Assembly (NCBI GenBank): GCA_963663395.1
Contig: OY760226.1
Location: 3,608,325-3,672,324 of the forward strand
Source: Pseudomonadales bacterium
Lineage (GTDB): Bacteria > Pseudomonadota > Gammaproteobacteria > Pseudomonadales > Azotimanducaceae
DNA: 64,000 nucleotides
Direction of reading: 5' to 3'
Position 1 is the stretch's first letter. The number at the start of each line of letters is the position of its first letter. This document shows positions 36,827 through 45,302 of the stretch, in pieces. Made by a program: the position numbers and the translations under genes. Below the pieces are notes generated by a model. It did no database searches and was not told the origin of the DNA. It worked only from the letters and a program-made list of their open reading frames with translations.

Positions 36827-38140
36827 ATGGACTCCGACCCGCGCCGTCACTTCGTGCTGACCACCCTGTGTGTGGTCGCCATCGTCAACATGGTGGACCG
36901 GCAGATCATCACCATCGTCCTGGACCCCATCAAGGCCGAGTTCGGCGCATCCGATACCGCCATGGGGTTGCTCACCGGTATGATCTTCGCCGCCTTTTAC
37001 GCGACCGCCGCGTTTCCGCTCGCGCGCTGGGCGGACGGCGGCTCACGCAAGGTGGTGCTGGCGGCCTGTCTCGGATTCTGGAGCCTGATGACAACCCTTG
37101 GCGGCATCGCGCAGTCGTTCATTCAACTCGCCATCACGCGCGTTGGCGTCGCCATCGGAGAAGCCGGCGCCAGCCCCACCAGTCAGTCGATGCTCTCGGA
37201 CCTGTTTCCGTTGAGTTCCCGTGCAACGGTATTGGCCACGCTGTCGGCATTCAGCTCTTTCGGCATCGGGCTCGGCGTCCTGCTGGGTGGCTGGCTATCC
37301 GACACGTTCACCTGGCGCACGGCGTTTTTCATCGTCGGAGTACCGGGATTGCTGCTCGCTGCGTTTGTTTACCGGTTTCTGCCCGAGCCCCGGCGCGGCG
37401 CCGCCGATGGCCTGGTGGACGATCGGCAAACCCCCGGCATCGGGCAGGTATTCACGCATCTGAGAAAAATACCGACCTACCGCCACGTCGTCACGATCGC
37501 GGCCTTCGTTGCCCTGTGCGGCTACGGCCAGCTCATGTGGGGGCCCACGTTTTTTCGTCGCGTACACGACATGACCGGCACCGAGGCCGGAGTCGGATTC
37601 GGCCTCGCCACCATGGGGGCGTTCATGCTCGGCAATTTCACCGCCGGGCTCCTCTCCGACTGGGCCGGACAGAAGGACATACGCTGGTACATGCGTATCG
37701 CAGCCATCGGACCTGCCCTCGGGTTCCCCTGCGGCCTGCTGTTCGTCTTCGCGCCCGGCGCCATGGTCGCGCTCATCGCGTCGTTCCTGTTTCAGTTCTT
37801 CATCGTCTTTCACATCCCGCCCTGCTACGCCATCGCGCAGACCCTGTCGCCGTTGCGCATGCGGGCGATGGCCATGGTGATCATCGGCCTGTTCCAGAGC
37901 CTGATCGGCATTGGCCTGGCGCCCATCCTGATCGGTGCCGTCAATGATTTTCTACAACCGCAGTTCGGCCTGGAGGCGGTTCGGTATTCCCTGGGGCTGG
38001 TGATGGTTGGCGCCGTCATCGCCGCCTGCTTCGCGTTGCGCGCTTCGTTCACCATCAGCTCAGACCATGCGCAACGACAGCGTTCGGTAGCGCAGGAGCC
38101 TGGTGTAGTGTTCGAAGGCCAGCGCCGTGAGTTCAAATGA
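36827..38140 (+). CDS. MFS transporter (intact paralogue of the 13892..14471 remnant)
   Basis: Lies in ORF 36791..38140, start ATG 36827 (MDSDPRRHF) or ATG 36791. Motifs: VDRQIITIVLDPIKAEFGASDTAMGLLTGMIFAAFYATAAFPLARWADGGSRKVV. About 12 helices. Confidence 0.88.
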   Translation: MDSDPRRHFVLTTLCVVAIVNMVDRQIITIVLDPIKAEFGASDTAMGLLTGMIFAAFYATAAFPLARWADGGSRKVVLAACLGFWSLMTTLGGIAQSFIQLAITRVGVAIGEAGASPTSQSMLSDLFPLSSRATVLATLSAFSSFGIGLGVLLGGWLSDTFTWRTAFFIVGVPGLLLAAFVYRFLPEPRRGAADGLVDDRQTPGIGQVFTHLRKIPTYRHVVTIAAFVALCGYGQLMWGPTFFRRVHDMTGTEAGVGFGLATMGAFMLGNFTAGLLSDWAGQKDIRWYMRIAAIGPALGFPCGLLFVFAPGAMVALIASFLFQFFIVFHIPPCYAIAQTLSPLRMRAMAMVIIGLFQSLIGIGLAPILIGAVNDFLQPQFGLEAVRYSLGLVMVGAVIAACFALRASFTISSDHAQRQRSVAQEPGVVFEGQRREFK

Positions 38141-39407
38141 CAACAGAGTGAGCACAATGATTGACGCAACCGACGAAACGCCTCGAGTCCCCGATCACGT
38201 GCCCCCGGAACTGGTGCGTTCCAGCCAGGGCTTCGATGATGTCGCCAGCGACTGGCGCAACCCGTTTGCCGACACGGAGAACGTTTTCAAGGCGGACTAC
38301 CCGCCGATATTCTTCGTTCCCGGCTACCCCATACCCATTGTCGGGTCCACGGCTCTTGGAACCTGGATGATCACCCGGCACGATGACATTCGCGAGGTCT
38401 ATCAGACGCCGGCCATTTTCTCCAGCCACGGCATCGCCGGCTATCAGCACCTGGCCGGCGAGGACTGGGAGATGCTGCCGCTGTCGGTCGATGCGCCCCT
38501 GCACAGGCACTATCGATTGCCGCTGGTTGCGTCGGTGTCGCCCAAGGCCGTAAATGCGATGGACGGCTTGATCCGTTCGCGGGCGAATTCGCTCATCGAC
38601 AACTTCATCGACCGGGGCAAGTGCGAGTTCACTAGCGAGTTCGGGCGCCCGTTTCCAATCTCCATCTTCATGCGGCTGATGGGCTTTCCCGTGGAAGAGA
38701 TGTACGAGAAGTTCCTGGTTTGGGAAAAGCACATTCTGAGCGGTGACGACCTGACGCTGGAGGAGCGCGGCGAGGGAATCAAGGAGTGCATTGCCTGGCT
38801 CCGGGCGTTCATTGCAGAACGGGAACGGAATCCACGGGACGACCTCACCAGCAAGATTATCCAGGCGCAGATCGACGGTCGCCTCATTAACGCCGATGAA
38901 AAAATCGGCCTGGTGTTCATGCTGTTCGTCGGCGGCCTCGATACCATCGTCGGCAGCCTGAGCCTCTGGTTTCCCTGGCTTTGCGCCCACCCGGACTACC
39001 GGGCCAGGCTCATCGAGCAACCGGAACTCATTCCGGGCGCCGTGGAGGAATTGTTGCGCATGAATCCCCTGGTGAGTTCACCCCGAACCGTAACCCGGGA
39101 CATCGAATTCCGCGGGGTAACCATGAAAGCGGGTGACGTGGTGTTGCTGCTGAGTGCTACCGGCAACTTCGACGAGCGCAAATTCACCTGCCCACGCACC
39201 GCGGACTTCGAGCGTAGCCCGAATCCGCACATGACGCTGGCGGCCGGCCCGCACCGCTGTCTTGGTTCTCACCTGGCGCGCCGTGAACTCCAGGTTGCCC
39301 TGGAAACCTGGCTGCAGCGTATTCCGAACTTTCAGATCGAGGACGGCTTTGAAGTGGTCGCCCATGCGGGGCTGCAGGCAGTGCGCGAATTGCGCCTTGT
39401 CTGGTAG
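38127..39407 (+). CDS. cytochrome P450
   Basis: 426 aa. An alternative start at ATG 38157 (MIDATDETPRVPDHVPPELV) resembles the N-terminus of the other P450 better. Motifs: I-helix FVGGLDTIVGSL, EELLRM (ExxR), and Cys loop HMTLAAGPHRCLGSHLARRE. Confidence 0.9.
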   Translation: MSSNDNRVSTMIDATDETPRVPDHVPPELVRSSQGFDDVASDWRNPFADTENVFKADYPPIFFVPGYPIPIVGSTALGTWMITRHDDIREVYQTPAIFSSHGIAGYQHLAGEDWEMLPLSVDAPLHRHYRLPLVASVSPKAVNAMDGLIRSRANSLIDNFIDRGKCEFTSEFGRPFPISIFMRLMGFPVEEMYEKFLVWEKHILSGDDLTLEERGEGIKECIAWLRAFIAERERNPRDDLTSKIIQAQIDGRLINADEKIGLVFMLFVGGLDTIVGSLSLWFPWLCAHPDYRARLIEQPELIPGAVEELLRMNPLVSSPRTVTRDIEFRGVTMKAGDVVLLLSATGNFDERKFTCPRTADFERSPNPHMTLAAGPHRCLGSHLARRELQVALETWLQRIPNFQIEDGFEVVAHAGLQAVRELRLVW

Positions 39408-39644
39408 GGGCAGCCCCTCCTGCAATGCGGTCCAACGGCCAGAATACCCGACAACACCCTGCAAAAGACGCCGGGCGCTCGCGACTTCGAGACGCGCAGG
39501 CGCGTGACGCAGGACGACTCGGTCCAGTTGTATTGCCTGCCGGTGTGATGCCGCACGACAAAAGCACGCGCACTGCCGGATGGGTTCGGCCCTGTCGTTT
39601 GAGTACCCTTCTGCTGGAGTCATGACAAAAAACGAGGACGCAAA

Positions 39645-42074
39645 GTGAATTCCACCCCCCGCGCTGACAGCCGCCCGCTGCCGCTCGCCGGCATCCGGGT
39701 GCTGGACCTGTCCGGCGAGACCGCACCCGTCTGCGGTCAGATGCTCACCCTGTTCGGCGCCGACGTGGTGCTCGCCGAGCGCGGACCGAGTCGCGACCGC
39801 AGCGGACACTTTGCCTGGCTGGCGGCAAATGCCGGCAAGCGCAGCCTGGCACTGGACGAGGCCGGTTCGGCCGATGTGCTGGCCGAACTATGCCGCGTGG
39901 CCGACGTGGTGATCGACGGCGACCCCGGGAACCCGCTTGATTTCGACCCCCGCGTCGCGTCTCCGGGCCTCATCCACGTCACCGTCAGTCCCTTCGGCCT
40001 CGCCGGGCCGCATGCCGACTGGCTCGACAGCGAGCTCGTTGCCCAGGCGGCCGGCGGGCTGCTGTTTCTTTCCGGCGACGAGGACCATCCCCCGGCACAG
40101 ATCGGTGTCCCGCTGGCCACCGGCGTTGCAGGCGCCCAGGCCGCGTGCGCCGTGCTCATCGCCCTGGCCCAGCGGCGCCGGACCGGCGCCGGCGCGCGCA
40201 TCGACGTGTCGCGCCAGGAGAGCGTCGCCTGCCTGCTTTACGTCACCGAGTACATGGCTCACATCGACAAGCGCTCCGGCCGGCGGGGCGAAGTGCCGCT
40301 GACCTTCAGTGGCCGCAAGCTCACGCGCAAGGCATTCTGGCGCTGCGCTGACGGCTACCTCACCTGGACCCTCTGGACCGGCCCGGGCATGGGGCGCAAG
40401 AACGAGCCCATGTTCGAGTGGATGCGCGAGGAAGGCGTGCCCGAGGCCGCGCAATTGCTGGCCATGCCCTGGGAGAAGATGGGCACCGGCGATCTGACCG
40501 TGGAGCTGATCGAGCACGTCAACCGGGTGATGGGAGACTTTTTCGCACAGCGTACCAAGCGGCAGATCGACCGCCAGGCGCTTGAGCGACGCATATTGCT
40601 ATTCGTGGTGCAGAGCCTGGAAGAAGTGGCCAACAGCGAACAGCTCCTTGCCCGGGAGGCATTCGATTCGTTCGAACTGCCCGGTGGCCGAGCCGTCAGT
40701 ATCGTTTCCCGGCCGGCGCGCTCAACCGCCTACGCGGTGGAAGTTGCGGGCAAGGCGCCGGCGTGGGGCGCCGATACCGAAGCCGTGCGCACGCAGTGGC
40801 TTGCCCATGCGCCCACACCCGCCACGCCATCACCTGTCTCATCCCCGACGCCATCCGGCTCACTCCCGTTCACGGGCATTCGCGTGCTCGATTTCGGCTG
40901 GGCCATCGTCTCCCCGCTCACCACCCGCATGCTGTCGATCTTCGGCGCCGACGTGGTCAAGGTGGAGTTTCGCGGGCGGCCCGATACCCTGCGCATGACC
41001 GGCCCCTATCCCCAGGGCCACCCGTCGATGGACGGCAGTTCGGTATTCGTGAGCGTCAACGCCGGCAAGCGCAGCCTCGGCGTCGACATCAACCATCCCC
41101 AGGGCCGCGAACTGCTGTATCGCATGGCCGGTCAGGCGGATGTGGTGTGTGAGAACTTTACCCCGGGGACCGCCGTGCGGCTCGGCTATGGCTACGATAA
41201 ATTCCGCGCCATCCGCGAAGACATCATCATGCTGAGCCTGTCGATGCAGGGGCAGACCGGTCCGCGTGCCGATCAGCCCGGGCTTGGCAACCACCTGCAG
41301 GCCATGAGCGGCCTCGACTTCATGACCGGCTACCCCGATGGCCGTCCCCAGGGGCCCAACCAGGTACTGCCCGACTTCGTCGGGCCCTGGATGGCCATCG
41401 CCGCATTGACCTGCGCCCTGGAGCACCGGCACCGAACCGGGCAGGGGCAGGGCCAGTACCTGGACATCGCCCAGTTCGAGTCGATCATGCTCTACCTGCA
41501 GCCGGCGCTCATCGAATACGGGGTCACCGGGGCCTCGCCGGAGCGGCGCGGCAACAGTTCGCCCAGCCACGCACCACACGGCGTCTATCCGGGCAAGGGC
41601 GACGAGCGCTGGATCGCCATTGCCATCACCTGCGATGCCGAATGGCGGGCACTGCACGCACGCCTGCCACAGGCCCTGCGCGGGCGCTTCAATGCCGGCC
41701 TGTCCACCCCGAAACGGCTCGACCGCGCGACGGAACTGGATGCGGCACTCGCCGAGTGGACCGCCGCGCACGACCCGGGCGAGCTGGCGGGCAGCTTGCA
41801 GGCGCATGGCGTGCGCGCCCATCTGGTCTGCACGGGTCAGGACCTGCTCGACGACCCGCAACTCGCTTTCCGCGGGCACTACTTCACCCGCGAGCACGCC
41901 AAGCTCGGGGCGTCGCTGATGGTCGCCAACTCGTTTCGAATCAGCAGCGCCGAGCCCCTTTTCAAGCCCGGGCCGCGCTATGCGAGTGACTCCGTACAGG
42001 TGCTGGAGGACTGGCTGCAGGTCGAAGCGGACGAACTCGCCGACCTGCTGGCCACGGGGGCCATCGTCACGTAG
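39645..42074 (+). CDS. tandem-domain (fused) family III CoA-transferase, 809 aa
   Basis: From GTG 39645, with GAGGA upstream. Domain 1 starts LPLAGIRVLDLSGETAPVCGQMLTLFGADVV. Domain 2 starts LPFTGIRVLDFGWAIVSPLTTRMLSIFGADVVKVE and contains LQAMSGLDFMTGYPDGRPQGPNQVLPDFVGPWMAIAALTCAL. Confidence 0.85.
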   Translation: MNSTPRADSRPLPLAGIRVLDLSGETAPVCGQMLTLFGADVVLAERGPSRDRSGHFAWLAANAGKRSLALDEAGSADVLAELCRVADVVIDGDPGNPLDFDPRVASPGLIHVTVSPFGLAGPHADWLDSELVAQAAGGLLFLSGDEDHPPAQIGVPLATGVAGAQAACAVLIALAQRRRTGAGARIDVSRQESVACLLYVTEYMAHIDKRSGRRGEVPLTFSGRKLTRKAFWRCADGYLTWTLWTGPGMGRKNEPMFEWMREEGVPEAAQLLAMPWEKMGTGDLTVELIEHVNRVMGDFFAQRTKRQIDRQALERRILLFVVQSLEEVANSEQLLAREAFDSFELPGGRAVSIVSRPARSTAYAVEVAGKAPAWGADTEAVRTQWLAHAPTPATPSPVSSPTPSGSLPFTGIRVLDFGWAIVSPLTTRMLSIFGADVVKVEFRGRPDTLRMTGPYPQGHPSMDGSSVFVSVNAGKRSLGVDINHPQGRELLYRMAGQADVVCENFTPGTAVRLGYGYDKFRAIREDIIMLSLSMQGQTGPRADQPGLGNHLQAMSGLDFMTGYPDGRPQGPNQVLPDFVGPWMAIAALTCALEHRHRTGQGQGQYLDIAQFESIMLYLQPALIEYGVTGASPERRGNSSPSHAPHGVYPGKGDERWIAIAITCDAEWRALHARLPQALRGRFNAGLSTPKRLDRATELDAALAEWTAAHDPGELAGSLQAHGVRAHLVCTGQDLLDDPQLAFRGHYFTREHAKLGASLMVANSFRISSAEPLFKPGPRYASDSVQVLEDWLQVEADELADLLATGAIVT

Positions 42075-42267
42075 CTCGACAGGAACATTACCGCGCATGC
42101 GTGAGCGCACCAGCGTCTGCACCATGGCCTGGGCCGGCGGCAGGTGAGGGCACAGGTGTCCCGAGCGGTCCGAACAGCGGGCGCCCGGCGGCTGAATTGC
42201 GCCGGATTGTCGAACGCGACTAGTATCCGGCTACCCGGCGCTCGAACGGCCGCAAGCAGCGAACCCC

Positions 42268-44538
42268 ATGACTGACGAAATCGTCGTCAACACCGTCTGT
42301 GCCCACAACTGTGGCGGACGCTCGCCACTGGCCTGCACCGTACGCGACGGCCGCCTGGTGCGTGTGGCGCCCGCCGACCACCCGGATACCCGCTATCAGG
42401 GTTTGTGTGTGCGCTGCCTGACCTTGCCCCAATGGGTTTACGCAGAGGAGCGCATCGCTACGCCCCTGCGGCGTACGGGCGGGCGCGGCAACGGCGAATT
42501 CGAGCCGGTAAGCTGGGACGATGCGCTGGACGAGATCGCCGGGCGGTTCACGGCCCTGATCGATGCCCAAGGCGCCGAAAGCATCGCGTTTTCCCGCACC
42601 TCCGGGTCATCGCAACTGGCCAACTACAGCCGCCTGGCGGCGCTGATCGGCGGCGGCGGCAGCGCCAACTTCTTCGGCGGCGTGGACATGGCCGTGCACA
42701 TGGGCCTTAACAACGTGCTGGGTTTCAAGGGCATGTTCGGGCAGGCCGCCAACGAGTGGACAGACCGGCCCAACGCCAGAAACTACCTGGTGTGGGGCAA
42801 CAATCCCGCGGAAACGTCCATGACCTCCATGCGTTTCCTGCTCGATGCGCGCGCAGCCGGCACCGAGATCATCGTCATCGACTCGCGTTACTCGGCAACC
42901 GCCATGCACGCCACCTGGTGGATCGCACCGCGCCCGGGCACCGACCTGGCTCTGGCGCTGGGCATGTTGCACGTACTCATCGACGAACAACTGATCGATG
43001 AATCGTTCGCCATCGCACACACGGTCGGCCCGTTGCTGGTGCGCAAGGACAACGGCAGGTTTCTGCGCGAGTCCGATGTGTCTGCTACAGGATCGAGCAA
43101 TGGGTATCTCGTGCTCGACGCTGTCGGCACCCCCGGCAATTTCTCGGCGGTTTCCGCCCCCCGGCTGCGCGGGCACTTCGAAGTCGGCGGCCACGCGGTG
43201 AAAACGGCCTTCACCTTGCTCACCGAACTGGTGGCCGGCTATCCGCCCGACCGCGTCGCCGACATCACGGGGGTCGCGGCCGGCGAGATCCGCGAACTCG
43301 CCCGGAGTTACGCCAACGGCCCTTCCACCATCGGCTTCGGCTATGGCGTCGATCGCTACCTGCACGCCGAGGTGCTCACTCGCGCCGCCGCCACCATGGC
43401 GGTACTCACCGGCAACATCGGCAAGCCGGGCAGCGGAGTCGGCGTGCAAAGCCACGGCATCGGCAGCCGCATGGCCGCGCTCGGCCCCACGCCGCCGCTA
43501 CCGGACTGGGCCGGGACCGAGTCGATTCCCAATATCGAAGTCGGTTCCCGGGACCTGCCGGTGCGCGCCCTGTTCTGCCAGGGCGACTGGCTGAACCAGC
43601 GCATGGCGCACATGGAGCGCGCCCGCGAATACCTCCAGAGCCTGGAGTTCGTGGTGACCGTGGATCACTTCTGGCAGACCACCGCCGAGTGGTCCGACAT
43701 CGTGCTGCCCGCCTCCACCTTCCTGGAAGGCCGCGAACGGGTGCGCGACGTGGCGATGGCCGGCAACAGCGTGATGTTGCGCCAGCCGGTCATCCCGCCG
43801 GTGGGCGATTCGCGCCCCGACAGCGACATCGAAAAGGCGCTGGCCGAACGGCTGGGGCTGGGCGAATACTTCGAAGTCACCTGCGAAGACATGGTGCGCG
43901 CGCAGATCGATGGCTCCACCGACCCGGCCATGCAGGGCATCACCTTCGATGGCCTGCTCGCCCGGGGTGGCAGCGCCGCACTCAAGGTGCCACGCACGCC
44001 CAACGTGCAGTTCCCCGATCTCAGGTTTCCCACGGCCACCGGCCTTGCGGAGTTCTACGTGGAAGCGCTCGCGCCGCTCGGGGAAGCCCTGCCCGTATAC
44101 CGGGAAGACCACGAAGCCCTTCCCGGCCACCCCAACGCGGACGAGTACCCGTTGGTCCTAGTGCAAGCCCACGCCCGGCAACGGGCCCACTCGACCTTCT
44201 TCAACACCCGCTGGACCCTGGAACTCTGGCCGGAGCCGGTGCTGGAGATCAGTCCCGCCGATGCCGGCGCACGGGGACTGACCGATGGTGACCTGGCCGA
44301 AGCATTCAACGCACGCGGAAATGTCGTGGCGCGCGTGGCGGTCAGTGCCGACTACCCCCCCGGCATGGCCAACCTGTCGGAGGGGTGGAAGCAGAACCAG
44401 TACCTGGCGGGAAACGTGCAGGCACTGACCAACGGCGACATCAACCCTGCGCAGCAGCACCTGTGGGGCCACGCCAACATTCCCTTCTACGACACCCGGG
44501 TTGAAGTGCGGCCGTGGCGACAGGAGCCATCGCAATGA
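42268..44538 (+). CDS. molybdopterin (Mo/W-bisPGD) oxidoreductase catalytic subunit, DMSO-reductase superfamily, no Tat signal
   Basis: 756 aa. N-terminal Fe-S motif NTVCAHNCGGRSPLACTV...QGLCVRCL. Typical blocks: EFEPVSWDDALDEIA, NYLVWGNNPAETS, IVIDSRYSATAMHATWWIAPRPGTDLAL, FVVTVDHFWQTTAEWSDIVLPASTFLE, and C-terminal PLVLVQAHARQRAHSTF...ISPADAGARGLTDGDL. An in-frame stop at 42193 with no start codon after it excludes a longer N-terminus. Confidence 0.88.
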   Translation: MTDEIVVNTVCAHNCGGRSPLACTVRDGRLVRVAPADHPDTRYQGLCVRCLTLPQWVYAEERIATPLRRTGGRGNGEFEPVSWDDALDEIAGRFTALIDAQGAESIAFSRTSGSSQLANYSRLAALIGGGGSANFFGGVDMAVHMGLNNVLGFKGMFGQAANEWTDRPNARNYLVWGNNPAETSMTSMRFLLDARAAGTEIIVIDSRYSATAMHATWWIAPRPGTDLALALGMLHVLIDEQLIDESFAIAHTVGPLLVRKDNGRFLRESDVSATGSSNGYLVLDAVGTPGNFSAVSAPRLRGHFEVGGHAVKTAFTLLTELVAGYPPDRVADITGVAAGEIRELARSYANGPSTIGFGYGVDRYLHAEVLTRAAATMAVLTGNIGKPGSGVGVQSHGIGSRMAALGPTPPLPDWAGTESIPNIEVGSRDLPVRALFCQGDWLNQRMAHMERAREYLQSLEFVVTVDHFWQTTAEWSDIVLPASTFLEGRERVRDVAMAGNSVMLRQPVIPPVGDSRPDSDIEKALAERLGLGEYFEVTCEDMVRAQIDGSTDPAMQGITFDGLLARGGSAALKVPRTPNVQFPDLRFPTATGLAEFYVEALAPLGEALPVYREDHEALPGHPNADEYPLVLVQAHARQRAHSTFFNTRWTLELWPEPVLEISPADAGARGLTDGDLAEAFNARGNVVARVAVSADYPPGMANLSEGWKQNQYLAGNVQALTNGDINPAQQHLWGHANIPFYDTRVEVRPWRQEPSQ

Positions 44539-45212
44539 CCCGGTGGGCCATGACATACGATCTCGACCGCTGCATCGGCTGCTGGGCCTGCGCGGTGGCC
44601 TGCAAGGCGGAAAACAGCGTCGGCGAGGGCCTCTGGTGGCAGCAGGTCGACACCGTCGGCAGCACGCAACGCGACACCGCCGCCGGCACATTCCCCCAAC
44701 TTGACAAGCACTACCGGCCGCGCAACTGCTTCCATTGCGCCGAGCCGCCCTGCCTGCCCGCCTGCCCGGAGGGCGCCATCAGCCAACGCCCGGACGGCAT
44801 CGTGGAAATCGACTACGAAGCCTGCACCGGCTGCGGCGAATGCATTCCGGCCTGTCCCTACGATGCCATCAGCCTCAACCGGGCCGCTCCCGTCCTCCCG
44901 CACGGGCTGGAAAACGGGCACGGCGATGCCGCCGTGCCACCACGGCGAGCAGGCGTCGTGGAAAAATGCACGTTCTGCACACACCGCCTCGACCGCGGCG
45001 ACGACCCCGCCTGCGTTGCCGCCTGCCCGACCCAGGTCATCAGCTTCGGCGACCTCGACGATGCCGGCAGCACCGTCGCCGAGCATGCTGCCAGACACGA
45101 GGCGCACCGTCCCCGGGAGTCTTCCGGAGCCCAGCCTTCGGCCTGGTACCTCCCCTATTCCATCGGCTCGCGCCAGAGACGCAGTGGCGGCAGCCAGAAG
45201 CCTGCGTCGTAG
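44535..45212 (+). CDS. 4Fe-4S dicluster-domain electron-transfer subunit (DmsB/PsrB/NrfC-like), four Cys groups
   Basis: Lies in ORF 44514..45212. ATG 44535 overlaps the alpha stop (ATGA), and CAGGAG lies upstream. Cys groups: CIGCWACAVACKAEN, CFHCAEPPCLPACP, CTGCGECIPACP and CTFCTHRLDRGDDPACVAACP. Confidence 0.88.
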   Translation: MTRWAMTYDLDRCIGCWACAVACKAENSVGEGLWWQQVDTVGSTQRDTAAGTFPQLDKHYRPRNCFHCAEPPCLPACPEGAISQRPDGIVEIDYEACTGCGECIPACPYDAISLNRAAPVLPHGLENGHGDAAVPPRRAGVVEKCTFCTHRLDRGDDPACVAACPTQVISFGDLDDAGSTVAEHAARHEAHRPRESSGAQPSAWYLPYSIGSRQRRSGGSQKPAS

Positions 45213-45302
45213 GAATTCGCGGCTGCAAACTACTGCGAACGAATTTGAGCATGTATTCTGCGCCCCCGGATCGCTCATTCAGATGCATGGTGACAGAACG
45301 TA

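Noticed and set aside
42268-44538. Selenocysteine or another recoding event in the Mo enzyme, and a hidden Tat leader.
   Set aside because: The ORF is uninterrupted, with no in-frame TGA. The upstream frame closes at TGA 42193 with no alternative start codon, so neither feature is present.
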